DNA of 64,000 bases, taken from the NCBI RefSeq assembly GCF_009914755.1, contig NC_060929.1; one strand, written 5' to 3'. Below the pieces are notes generated by a model that was not told the origin of the DNA, ran no database searches, and saw nothing but the letters and a program-made list of their open reading frames with translations. Position 1 is the stretch's first letter; each line of letters begins with the position of its first letter. The position numbers and the translations under genes were made by a program. This document shows, piece by piece, positions 1-12,607 of the stretch. The stretch is from the human T2T-CHM13v2.0 reference genome, Homo sapiens.

Positions 1-60
1 TATGTGGCTCAGAGTAAATCTCTTCAAATATTTTACAGAGTTTGACTGCTTTCGTCAACA
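1..60 (+). mobile_element. 3' end of a MER4-type LTR
   Basis: ...taaatctcttcaaatattttacagagtttgactgctttcgtcaaca is nearly identical to the end of the LTR at 47249-47876. Confidence 0.7.
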
Positions 61-399
61 CTGGATAACGAATATAGGGGAAATCTCTGTACTATCATTG
101 CAATTTTTCTATAAATCTGAATGTATTCCATGTCAAAACACCATATATTTTAAATATATAATATAAAAATAAAATTATTCCAAAATAAAATCTATTCTAA
201 AAAATAATTTTTAAAAGTTACATCATAAAAAGATGGTTAGGGTCAGGATGAAGGCCAATACAAATCTTGGAAAATTAAAAGCTTTATCAACAAATACCAT
301 GTGTGGGCCACACTGAGATCCAGAATTGAACCAATTCTAAGAAGATACTTTTCAGACAATCAAATAAAACTGAATATAAAAGATATTAATTTAAAGGAA

Positions 400-824
400 T
401 TATTAAATAAGATTAAACACTGAAACAAATGTGACCTATACATTTAAGAAAGATTAATAAAAACAAGTAAGATAATTATTTACCCAGTTATTCCAGTTCA
501 GGGTTGCAGGTGACCAGAGGTCAGGGCACAAGGTAGGAACCAGCAATGGACAGGACACCAATGCACCACAGGGCACATGTACACTCACTCATACCGGGAC
601 CATCTAGACACATGCACACCTTATACAAAACCTAATGTACACAGCTTTGGGATGTGGGAGGAAACCAGAATACCCAGAGAAAATATGTGCAGGCATGGGG
701 AGAACATGCAAACTCTACATAGACAGTGGGCCCAGCTACGAATTGTTTTGTTTTGTTTTTTTTCTCATTAACATTATAACACAATGATGTTGAACTAAAG
801 GCTATTAGTCAAGGATTTGTTGTA
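400..824. mobile_element. MER6-like DNA transposon fragment (TcMar)
   Basis: Characteristic GGGATGTGGGAGGAAACCAGAATACCCAGAGAAAA...GGGGAGAACATGCAAACTC segment. Confidence 0.7.
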
Positions 825-1011
825 ATACATGATTTCAATTATAATTATTACCTAAAATGACTTACCTCTATATGGACAAAAGTTGTAAACATATAAGCTA
901 GAATCTCTACTATGTTTAAATCTTGGGCCTCGGGAAAACAACTGCCTGTTACCTTCACAACCAGTTTTTCCTCCAACAAGTCTAGTGAGAAGTATAGAAT
1001 ATCATAAAAGT

Positions 1012-1356
<345 letters not shown>

Positions 1357-2375
1357 TTAAGCCCACTACAGCCTTTTACTTGCAGGCATTACAACTAAAA
1401 TATCTGGACAATATATTAAAAGCAATTGCCTCAAAACTCTAAAAAGTTAGTAACAAATGAATTGTGGAAGGGTGCCAAAATTTGAAGAATGGCCAATAAC
1501 AAAGATGAGTTTCCTGGGTTTTTTTTTCTTTAATCCCCTAGTATGGAATTCAGGGTGGTCCCTGTACAGAAATGCACAGGAGGTAAAAATCAACAAAAAT
1601 TCAGAGAAAAAGCTATCTTTCTGGACAAAGGACCAGGAAAATGGGCCTCTGCAAGACAGAGAATGTGAGAAGACTTGATTTTTGGTTTTCCTTTCTTCCC
1701 CTTTTCTCTTTTCTCCCTACTGGCTATGTCCCAAATGCTACGTCAGTAGCAGAGCTGCAATATAGACCCCAAAAGTAAACCCACCATTCTGGTCAGAAGA
1801 ATTGGGGAAGAGAACTCTGTGGTCCAACAAGTAAACAAAGAATTCCCACTACTGTTTCTTAATTTTATCATAAAAGCAGCCCCAGTCATGCAAAACTACA
1901 CAGCAGCACAGGTGGCTGTATCTCTGAGAGAAACTCCATCTTTCTAGCCAGATAACCAAATAAAGTTTTATTGGCACACAAAACATAAATGAATGTATAC
2001 AACTATGTGCCAATAAAACACGATTTACAAAAACTGGCAGTGGATTTGGCCTGTGAAGGGCTACAGTTTGCTGGCCCATTCACAAGAAAAAAGGAAATGA
2101 AAAGAAACTGCCCATGAGAAAACCCAGACATTGGACTTACTAGACAAAGACAATAAATCAACAATTTAAGACATGCTCACAGAGCTAAAGAAAACCGTGG
2201 ACAAAGAACTAAAGGAAATTATGAGAACCAAATAGAAATGTCTCACCAAATAGAGAATATTAATAAAAAGTAGAAATTATGAAAATAAATCAAATAAGAA
2301 TTATAGAACTAAATTATACAGTAATGACATTTTAAAATTCACTACAGAGATTAAACAGATTAGAGCAAGTGGAAG

Positions 2376-2756
2376 TGTTATATAAATAAGCCAAAGATGA
2401 CCTCTGTGTATTGGTTCCTAGGTTATTTCTTCACTGCAGGACGAGACTCATTAGCTCAAGAGCCCACTAGTACCAAACTCAAATTTTTACACATCCCATC
2501 ATGCTGCTGAGTGACATCACCTAGACAGGTAAGCCTGCTCTCCAATTCTCCTGTTCCCCAGGGGTTGCCTTGCCCTCCTCCCCTTCTGTATGGCAGTCTA
2601 CCTCGCTGTAAGCCTCTGCACAGCTTCATGCTGTAAAAGAAGTTTCCTCTCATATAATCCTGTCCAAGTGCCACCAAATGAAGCTTGTTGTGTGTTACCA
2701 CTTCTTATAATCATATCTCTTTCTTGAGAAACATCAAAATCCCTTGAACCTCTACA
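2376..2756 (+). mobile_element. Solo LTR (family unassigned) inserted in the L1
   Basis: TG...CA ends; 5-bp TSD ggaag/agaag; L1 sequence resumes on the far side. Confidence 0.6.
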
Positions 2757-3713
2757 AGAAGAAAGAATCAGCAAACCTAAAGATAGGTAAATTAAAATTA
2801 CTGAGTCTGTGGACTGAAGGAAAATGAACATACATGTGGAACCCCACCAAACATACTAATATACATATAATTGGAGGCACAGAAGGAAAAGAGAGTGAAA
2901 GAGGCCTAAATATTTGAAGAAATAATGGCTAAAACTTTCCAAATCTGATGAAAGGCATGAATCTAGCTCATAAACTCAATGAATTCCAAGCAGGATAAAT
3001 GCAAAAGGATTCATATCAAGATGCATCATAATCAAATTGTTGAAAGACAAAAACCGAGAGAACCCTGAAAGCAGCAAGAAAAATGCAACTCGTGAAAAGG
3101 ACACTCAATACAATCAACAACTGATTTTTCACTGGAAACCATGGAGACCAGAAGGCAGTGGGATAACATATTCAAAATGCTGAAAGGAAACTGTCAACCA
3201 AGAATCCTCTATCTGGTAAAACAACCCTTTAAAAATAAAGGCAAAATTAAGATATTTCCAGATAAACAAAAACTGAGGAAGTTTGTCACTGGTAAACTTC
3301 CCCTAAAAGAAATACTATAAAGAGTCCATCAGGCTGAAATGTAAGGGGATCAGACAGTGGCTTAAAATCACATATGAACTAAAGGATACCAGTAATTGTT
3401 GGTATTTACATAGGTAAATATAAAAGTGCATATTACTGTGTCTTTGGTTTGCAATGCCTCCTCTTTGCTATATGATTTAAAAGACTACATAAAACAGTAA
3501 TTATGAATCTATATTGATTGGCACAAAATTCATAAAGCTGTAACTTGTGACAATAACAACAAATACAGGAGCAAAGTTTTTATATACCACTGAAACTAAA
3601 CTGGTATTAATTCAAACTAAATTGTTATAATATATAGTGTTAATTATAACCCCCAGGGTAAATACTAAGAAATACACACATAATTATTTACTATATTTTA
3701 TTTATATATATAA

Positions 3714-4000
3714 TTCTCATATATACATATTCTCACATTACATAAATATAACATATCTAAATATATTATATTAATATAAATATAATATATATCTAAATAT
3801 ATTAATATAAATATAATATATATCTAAATATATTAATATAAATATAATATATATCTAAATATATTAAATTTTTATTAATATATATCTAAATATAATATAT
3901 CTAAATATATATTAATATAAATATATATCTAAATATATTAATATATTTAGATATGTTATATTTATTTATATAATGTGAGAATTATATGTATATATGAGAA
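3714..4000. repeat. AT-rich inverted repeat enclosing a 31-bp minisatellite
   Basis: Arms 3714-3767 and 3940-4000; three perfect copies of aatataaatataatatatatctaaatatatt at 3773-3865. Confidence 0.85.
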
Positions 4001-4181
4001 GGGGATCAAAATGGTACACTAGAAAATATCTGACACAAAGAACAGCATCAGAGGAATTGACAAACAAAAAATATATAAGACATAGAGAAAACAAATAATA
4101 AAATAGTAAATGTATTTCCTTATCACTAATTACACTAAATGTAAATGGGCTAAACTTTCCAGTTAAGACACATAAGGCCAG

Positions 4182-4517
<336 letters not shown>

Positions 4518-4938
4518 TTATATACTGTTTACAAGAGACTCAATTTAGATCCAAAAATATACACAGATTGAGAGTAAAAGCATGGAACAATACATATAGC
4601 AAAAACTGACAGAATTGAAAGGAAAAAAACCAAAAAGAGTTCCGCATTAATGCTTGGAGACTACAACGTACAACTTTCAATAATGGATAGAACAACCAGA
4701 CAAGAGATGAACAAGTAAACTGAACACTTGAACAAGACTTAAACATGGCCTATCAGATATCTCTAGAACACTACACAAAATAGAATACACATTCTTCTGA
4801 AGTGCATAAAAACATTCTCAAAGACCAAAGTCTAAAATACTACACTACAAGTCAAGTCTCAACAAATTTGAAAATATTAAGCTCATACAAAGTATCTTTT
4901 CCAATGACAATGAAAGGAAATTAGACATCAGTAACAGA

Positions 4939-5230
4939 GGCCAGGAACAGCAGCTCAGGCCTATAATTCCAGCATTTTGGGAGGCCGAGGGAGGCAGATC
5001 ACTTGAGCCCAGGGGTTTAAGACCAGCCTGGGCAACATGGCAAAACTCCCATCTCTACCAAAAAATACAAAAATTAGCCGGGCGTGGTGGCATGTGCACC
5101 TTTAATCCAAGGTACTAGAGAGGCTGAGGTGGGAGGATTGCTTGAGCCCAGAAGGCAGAAGTTGCAGTGAGCCATGATCACACCACTGCACTCCAGCCTG
5201 GGTGATACAGTGAGACTCTGTTTCAAAAAA
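4939..5230 (+). mobile_element. AluJ with GA-rich tail
   Basis: Dimeric Alu; degenerate TSD atcagtaacag/atcactaacag. Confidence 0.9.
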
Positions 5231-5620
5231 TGAAAGAAAAGAGAAGAGGAGAAGGGAGGTGAGGAAAGAGGAGGGGAAATCACTAACAGGAGGAAATCTG
5301 GAAATTTCACAAATACATGAAAATTTAACAATCAACAAGTAAGAAGAACTCATAAAGAAAACTAGAAAATAATTTGAAATTAATGAAAACAAACACATAT
5401 AGCAAAATCTATGGGATACAGAAACAAGTAACTACATTTAAAAAGAAGAAAGATCTTGAATTGGCAACCTAAACTTCTACCTCAAGAAACTATAAAAAGA
5501 AAACTCAATACAAACTAAGCAGAAACAAGGGGGAAAAAATACAGCTAATACAAATGAAATATAGACTAGAAAAATAATAGATGATCAACAAAACCAAAAG
5601 TTTATTCTTTAAAATGATGA

Positions 5621-5913
5621 GGCCGAGCACAATGGTTGACACCTATAATCCCAGCACTTTGGGAAGCCAAAGTGGGAGGACTGCTTGAAGCCAGGAGTTT
5701 GAGACCAGCCTGGAAAACATAGCAAGACCCTGTCTCTACAAAAATTATTTAAGAAATTAACCAGGCATGCGCCAGCATGCCTGTGCACCCAGCTACTCAG
5801 GAGGCTGACAAGAGGGAAAGTCACTTGAGCCCAGGAGTTTAAGGCTGCACTTCCATTTACATAGCTATAAGCTATGATCACACCACTGCACTCAAGCCTG
5901 GGTGACAGAGACC

Positions 5914-5945
<32 letters not shown>
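5621..5945 (+). mobile_element. AluJ whose tail is a (CA)n microsatellite
   Basis: Alu body 5621-5915 followed by (CA)n to 5945. Confidence 0.9.
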
Positions 5946-5950
<5 letters not shown>

Positions 5951-7059
5951 TGGCTAGACTAAGAATAAAGAGAGAAGACTCAAATTTTAAAATCATGTAT
6001 AAAAATGGGAACATTAATATCAACCTTACAAAAAGTACACAATTATAAGAGAATACTATAATTGTATGCTACCAAATTGATGAAATAGATGACAAATTCC
6101 TAGAATATAAACTATAAAAACTGACTCAAAGGAAATAGAAAATCTGAGTAGATGTACAGCACGTAAAAAGATGGAATATGTAATAAAAAACAAAAAACTT
6201 ACAACAAAGAAAAGACAAGGACCAGATGGCCTCACCAGTAATATGCTTCAATAAGAATGAACACCAATCTATCTTAAATTCTTCCAAAAATGAGAGGATG
6301 GGATACTACTTCCCAACTCATGCTATAAGGCCAGCATATCCTGATACCAAAGCCAGGCAAAGAAATCTCAAAAAACTACAGACCAATGTCCCTTATGAAT
6401 ACCGATGTGAAAATCTTCAATAAAATATAAGGAAACTAAATCCACAGTATAGTAGAAGGGTTATACACCATGACCAAGTAGGATTTATCCCAGGAATGCA
6501 AGGATGGTTCAACATATGAAAAAAACCCATGTAACACACCATATTAATAGAATAAAGGTAAAAAGCAAAAACAAAACACATGATCATCTCAACTGATTCA
6601 GGAAAAAGCACTGGACAAAATCTAATACCCTTTCTTGATTAAAACATTCAGAAATATAGGAATAAAAGAACACTTCCTCAACCTGAGAAAGAGCATCTAC
6701 CAATAACCCCTAGTTATCATTATACTTAATGGTAAAAGTCTAAAAGTTTTTCCCCAAAATCAGAAACAAAACAAGGATTTCTGCATCATGACTTCTATGC
6801 AACATTGTACTGGAGATTCTGGCTAGGGCAATTAGACATGGAATATAAACAAAAGGCATCCAGATTGGGGAGCTGGAATTAAAACATCCTCTATTCACAG
6901 ATGTCATGGTCTTATATAGAGAAAATCCCAGAGAATAAACACAAAAATTAATTTTAGAGCTAATAAGCAAATATTTTTATATACTAGCAATGAATCATCT
7001 GAAGATGAAATTAAGAAAGCACTTCCATTTATAATAGCATCAAAAAGAATAAAACTTTT

Positions 7060-8270
7060 TTTACAGCTCTCATTTCTTTATTGAGATTTCCAATTTGTTG
7101 GGTCAATGTCATCATATTCTCCTGTAATTATTTAAATAATGTTTCCTTTCTTTTACCATGTTTATAATAGCAGTTTGAAGTCTTTGCTAAGTCTAATATC
7201 TAGGCTCACTCACAGTCAGTTTCTATTAACTGCTTTCTTTTTCCCTCAGCATGGGTCACATTTTTCTGTCTCTTTACGTGTCTTAAAATTTGTTGTTAAA
7301 AACTGGACATTTTGGATAACATAGCCAGTGTATATTCTTTTTTTTTTTTTTTTTTTGAGACAGAGTCTCACTCTGTTGCCAGGCTGGAGTGCAGCGGTGT
7401 GATCTCGGCTCACTGCAACCTCCACCCACGGGTTCAAGCTGGGATTACAGGCGTGAGCCACCGCACCTGGCCACCAGTGTAGAATTTTATATTTCTGAGC
7501 CTTTTAACATGTCTGGCCCTAAACTGTGGAATCTGTGTCCTGGGCAGTGTGACTACATCTGTTCAGATTTTAATTCACATATATATGTTTTAGCCTGGCT
7601 TTCTAGAGAAGTCATTCTGTGTCTGAATATCTTAGTTTTCAGCTATGTACATGCCAAAGATATGCTCAAACAGCTTGAGCCTGCTCTTTAATCTGTATCT
7701 GGGTTAAGAAGGGCACATTCAAAGCTTAAAGAATTCTCATCTGCCTTGGCCCTTGCTCTCAGTTAGACAACCTCAGGTCTCCCCTACACATGTGCATAGT
7801 TTCACGTTATGCCAGGATATGTGAAGAGGTTATCCCTTTATGGTTCTCTCATTTCCAGGGTCTGCCTTTTAATTTATAGCTACTCTTCCACTCACCCCAA
7901 CTGGCACTACAACCTTAAACTAGCAAATACATGGTTTTTCCTTGTTTTCCCCTACCAAGTTCAGTACATTTTATCGACAAAGGTTTTTACTCATTGCCCC
8001 AAATTGAATCAGCTGTCTGACAGCGAAGCTGCTGGTTTTCCAAACTACAATTCTTGCCAAAAGTGCTGGGACAGGAGGTCACAGTAGAAGCCCACGCGAG
8101 AATGCTGTAGACTTGCACTATTCTTACCTGAAGATCTAACAGTTTTCCTAAGAATAAATGTTTCTCAATGATTTTCTTTGCTTTTGGTTGATTTCCAGAG
8201 TTCAAATAGTTTTGGGCAATTCTGCCATTTTTATACTTGTGTGTGGAAAGGATTCACCAAACTCTTCATG
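7060..8270 (-). mobile_element. Old L1M 5'/ORF1-region fragment
   Basis: Reverse complement resembles the L1M 5' region seen at ~2080-2330. Confidence 0.55.
7338..7472 (-). mobile_element. Internally deleted Alu (~135 bp)
   Basis: Poly-T plus right-arm end joined directly to the Alu 5' end; TSD ccagtgta. Confidence 0.85.
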
Positions 8271-10539
8271 CAGCCACAGGTGAAAGTACATTTCTTGCGG
8301 ATATTTTTATGCTTGTCCTCCTCATTTTATAAATGAGAAAATAAAAACTTAGATGGCCTAGATCATTTTTTAAGGTTAAAGGACTATGTGGTCTTAAAGG
8401 GCTAATTTGTCAGTTAACAATCAACATGTAGGGCATGGTCACTGCAACCAAGTAGCATCTTGTTTGAAACCTGCCTGACTTTAGCTATTATCTTTTATAT
8501 AAAAGTGATATGGCTGTTATAAACCACAAGTCATTGACTAAATCCAGATTTGTTTATCCAAGTGAAGAAATTTAAGATGTGGGTAATAAGCATAAAATAG
8601 GATATTTTGCCAAAGGCAAACAACTTGTTAAAGAAACTATTATATTAAAATGCATTTTTGACTGCTTTAAAGCAGGTAATATTAACCTATATAAAAGAGA
8701 AACATCCTTGTTGATATTGAGCCAAAAATTAGCCTATGATGCAACATATAGTTTAGTTTCTCTCCTCTGCCATAAAAAAAAAAAAATGGGCAAGTATGGT
8801 AGCTTTCCCAAAAAACATCCTTTAAATTCTTAAACATCCTCACATTTCTCTCCCAAATTCTACCTGCCTCGTTTTTGTTTTTTGTTTTTTTGTTTTGTTT
8901 TGTTTTGTTTTTACAGCTATAGTAACTTCCTAGCATAAAAGATGAAGCAAAAGCAATACAATTATAATAGCTATTGACTCCCTACCAGGAGAACAGGGCA
9001 TAATTTCTAAGAATGTTTTCCAATAGTGATGATAGACTTGTGCCTCTCTACGCAACCCTTCTAATATTAGAAAAGAAAAATTGTCATAGCTCCATAAGTC
9101 TTCCCTTCTCCAAGTCAAACAACTCCAGTCCTTACCAGCAGAGCCAGAATCCTTTCACCACCACATGGCTCTACCGTGGCTCCAACAGCAACTCCAGTCA
9201 GAATATGGACATTCCTTAGAAATATCTCTTCGTGGTGTGGCGTATTCACCCTGAGTCTCAGCACAGACTCTAAACACCTGATGATACATTCGTTCGTAAG
9301 TATTTACTGAGCGCTACTATATGCCAGACACTGCACTTAAAGGAGGAGACAGAGCAATGAACAAGATTACGAATCCAGAGTCGCTGCACCCAAAAACTGG
9401 GGTTGGCAGACACTGAACAATCGCTAATTCAATTCATCCCAGACAGTACAGCTCACTTCGTGCTGAATACCACTAGGACCATCAGACTCAGACAGAGAAT
9501 CTTTATTAGAATTTTCTAATACAAGGAATGGAAATCTACATAACATGTCCAAATACACACAATAGGGCAAGCCCATGGTAATTCCCATATGTCCTTTAGA
9601 CAAAGTTTTCAACAATCCTCAGGAAAAAATATGAAAGAGAACAACGCGGTATAGGATAAGTTTATTTTATTCTATTAGAGTTTCTCTTTATTATGAGATC
9701 ATGTCCCTTTTTTTTCTCGGCATTAAAATGTTTTTTACCTCATGAAATAATTTGTAAGTAGAAGGTACCTGGCTTTGTTTTGGTTCATTTTGAAACAGTC
9801 TTATTTGCCAAATAAGAAGACAGCAATCAAGTTTCTATACCAAATATTTGTTGATATTTTATTTATCCATATCACCCAGTGATTTAAAGGACTCAAGAAA
9901 GTTCCCTTTGTCCTAAAATGCACCTCTGCACACAAAGAGTAGGCAATTACTCTTCCAACAAGTAGACCTCCATAAGAATTAGATCATTACATTTTGACAC
10001 AAGGAAATGTAAGTTTTCCCACCCTCTTGCTGTATCACTCACAAGAACAATAATATCACTGTAAAACAGACCCAAACACACAGTACTGTAAATATGCAAA
10101 AAGTCTAGTCAAAGAAACTATATTGGTGACAATAACAATTGTAATTAATGACAGTTACTTCAGTAACGGTAAAAGTAGCCAAATTCTTATCAAGGTTATT
10201 TATGGCTAGTCTCTAGTATCATCCACAATGAAAATGGTTTATATTTATTAAGCTCCAAATAGGGTAGGGTGGGAGAAGAGAGAAAAGGAGGGAAAAAGTT
10301 AATAATAACTTAATAAAAACTCTATTATGTAACTAAAGTTTGTCACTAGCATTGACAAAACTGCAAAATATTCTTGGTAGTTGAAAATGACACAAACTTC
10401 ATGCAGGACACCCATCTCCCAACAAAAAATACATCTGTGCTTACCTCTGGTAATCTGTATGCTTTTATGCAAGGGTTAAAATGTAGAAGGGCATTACAAC
10501 ATAGCATAAACAAAGAGGTTTTTAAGTCAGGTGGTCTTA

Positions 10540-10830
10540 AATTCCCTCATTCAAGACCTAGATCTACCCTTTACTTTCTGTATGTGACCTTGCACAAGTC
10601 ATTCAACCACTTCAAGCCCCACTAGACTGTCAGCTCCACAGGAGCAAAGACCACTTCTGCCTGACTCACTACTATAAACCGTGGCCCACAGCACGGAGAA
10701 ATCAGTTTCTTCCTGTATAAAATAAAGATATTAACAGTATTTATCTCGAAGCGTTAACTAGATAAATGGGATATTATATATATAAAGTCTGGCGCAGTGC
10801 CTGATTATGGTAAATGCTCAGTAAGTTAAC
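10540..10830. mobile_element. MIR with an embedded L2-like 3' fragment
   Basis: tgtgaccttgcacaagtcattcaaccacttc and cagtttcttcctgtataaaat MIR cores; tagactgtcagctcca L2-like end. Confidence 0.6.
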
Positions 10831-11249
10831 CGTTTGACATTAACTACCAGCCATCAAACATGAAAGTAATGTTTAAAGACTTTCAAACACCAACATGCAA
10901 AGCCTTTACCCACTAAGTATAAATTCCTCGATTAAAAAATTTTTTTTTCCACAGAATACCTGCGAAGTTTCTAAACCACTGGGTTGGGATTCTAATAATA
11001 GCTGAACCCTGAATGGTGGGTTATAGAGTCAAGCTATTAAAAGACATTCAGTAGACTCCAAGTGCTCCTACTTCAAAAAATAGGCCATAGGCAGAGGCCC
11101 CACTGGCTTCCCAGTCTCCCCTTGGGACGTCCCTAGGCTGCCAGGGAACCCCCCTCCTCCGCGCTTAGGGGGAGGAGAGAGAAAGCCTCGGAGGCGGGGG
11201 CCGGGGGTGGGGGAAAGCGAGCATCCCTGCGCCTCTCGCCCAGACCCAC

Positions 11250-12242
11250 CTTGAGCAGGATGGACGGCGGCAGCTGGTTGATGTCTGGGGTTTCGGGGGG
11301 CGGCTCCCTGTGACAGTCGCAGGGGTTTTCGGGGGACTCCCGACAGTCCGCGTCGCCACATTCATGCTGCTGCTGGGCGGACAAGGGGGCGGTGCCCCCG
11401 GCTCGGACAGCGTCCCCGCCAGCTTCGGTGGGGGCACCTTCGGAGGTGGGAGAAGAGGGCGGAGGGCAGAGCGGCTGCGGGGGCTGCTCCGGGGCCTGGC
11501 AGCAGCCGGCGTCGGGGGGCCGGGGCGGCGAAGCGCCTCCCCCCGCAGGCCCTCCCCCGCCACCGCCGCCGCCGCCGCCGCCGCAGCCCCCGCCGCCGCA
11601 GCGGGGCTGCTTGCAGGGGGTGCAGGCGGGGACCCCGGCCCCCTTCCGCTTGCACACCATTTCGGGGGGCGTAGGGAGCTCGGCCGGTGACGGTGTCGGC
11701 CCCCGGAAGAGCTGCACGGCGGCGGGCGGCCCCAGGAAGCGCACCGGCCCCAAGCTGGCCAGGAAGAGACTTCGGCCCTGCTGCTCCCAGGCGGCGGCCG
11801 CAGCCAGCCCCAACTCTTTGCAGCAGGAGGCGGGCGACGAAGCCGAGGCGGCAGCGGCGGCGGCGGCGGCGGCCGAGGATAGCAGGAAGCGGCGGGCAGC
11901 AGCGGCGCAGTCCTCGGCGGCCAGGGCCGCGTAGCGCCGCGCCAGGTGCTGAGAGGAGGAGGCGGCAGCGTAGGCCCCGTCCCGCGGCGGCGGCGAGAGC
12001 GGCGGCTCCTCCTCTGGGCCGGCGGGGGCGGGCGCGCCGGGACTGTGCACGATGAAGCAGAGCATGCAGGGCCCGCGGAAGAAGCAGTCCCGGCTCCGGG
12101 GCGCCGCCGGCTGAGGGGGCACCTTGGCTGGGGTCCGGCGGGGCAGCCTGAGGAGAGGGCGCCGGCGGCGGCACCAACTGCAACAGCGAGGCCTCTTCTG
12201 GCTCGGGCGGTTACGCGGCTCCTTCGAGAGAAGGTGGCCCAT
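11250..12242 (-). CDS. FBXL17: FBXL17 (F-box/LRR-repeat protein 17) coding exon 1, 331 codons, ending in the first residues of the F-box
   Basis: Translation MGHLLSKEPRNRPSQKRPRCC...PPPETPDINQLPPSILLK matches the FBXL17 N-terminus as I recall it. ATG at 12242-12240. Phase-0 donor AAG|GTGGGT at 11250/11249. LPPSILLK is the start of an F-box motif. No further exon is recognisable in the window. Confidence 0.95.
11563..11583. repeat. Coding (CCG)7 repeat in the poly-Gly tract
   Basis: ccgccgccgccgccgccgccg; encodes part of CGGGGGGGGGGGP. Confidence 0.9.
11847..11873. repeat. Coding GCN repeat, poly-Ala (9 Ala)
   Basis: ggcggcagcggcggcggcggcggcggc; encodes the Ala run in SSAAAAAAAAAS. Confidence 0.9.
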
Positions 12243-12441
12243 ATAGAAGGCCCCGAGGAGGGGGACCGGGACGGGAGGGAGGGAGACCCAGAGAGGCGGG
12301 CTCCCGGCAGCGGGGCAGGCCGCTCGCTGGCTCGGCCCCCGGAGGGGTCGCCCTTCCTGCGCACACACACGCACACACGGGCACACACGCGACGGTGGGG
12401 GGTGGGCGTCAGCTGCGGGCCGCCGGAGTGCCCGACGGGGG

Positions 12442-12447
12442 CTACAT
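12442..12447 (-). other. Start-stop element (AUG-UAG) in the FBXL17 leader
   Basis: Minus strand reads CAAAGC ATG TAG C, with A at -3. Confidence 0.6.
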
Positions 12448-12556
12448 GCTTTGCCCAGGGAAGCCGGGAGAACGATGGGCGCGAGCTTTGGGGACGCGAG
12501 GGAGGGAGCGAGCGAGCCTGCCGGCTAGGCGACCAGTCCGGGCCCGGCCAGCCGGC

Positions 12557-12607
12557 TCAGTCAGTCAGCGGAGCGGCCGGGGAAAGGCCGGGTCCCGCTC
12601 GGACCAT
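12557..12607 (-). other. Candidate uORF MVRAGPGLSPAAPLTD* (16 aa) in the FBXL17 leader
   Basis: AAAATGG (strong Kozak context) ... CTG ACT GAC TGA. Only applies if the TSS lies to the right of 12610. Confidence 0.55.

Noticed and set aside
3773-3865. 31-bp repeats as a CRISPR-like array
   Set aside because: Head-to-tail tandem units with no spacers, in human DNA; an AT-rich minisatellite.
12243-12386. ORF-track start MCPCVRV at 12386 as the FBXL17 start
   Set aside because: It is a GTG in a (GT)-rich leader segment; the recognised protein starts at MGHLLSK (12242).
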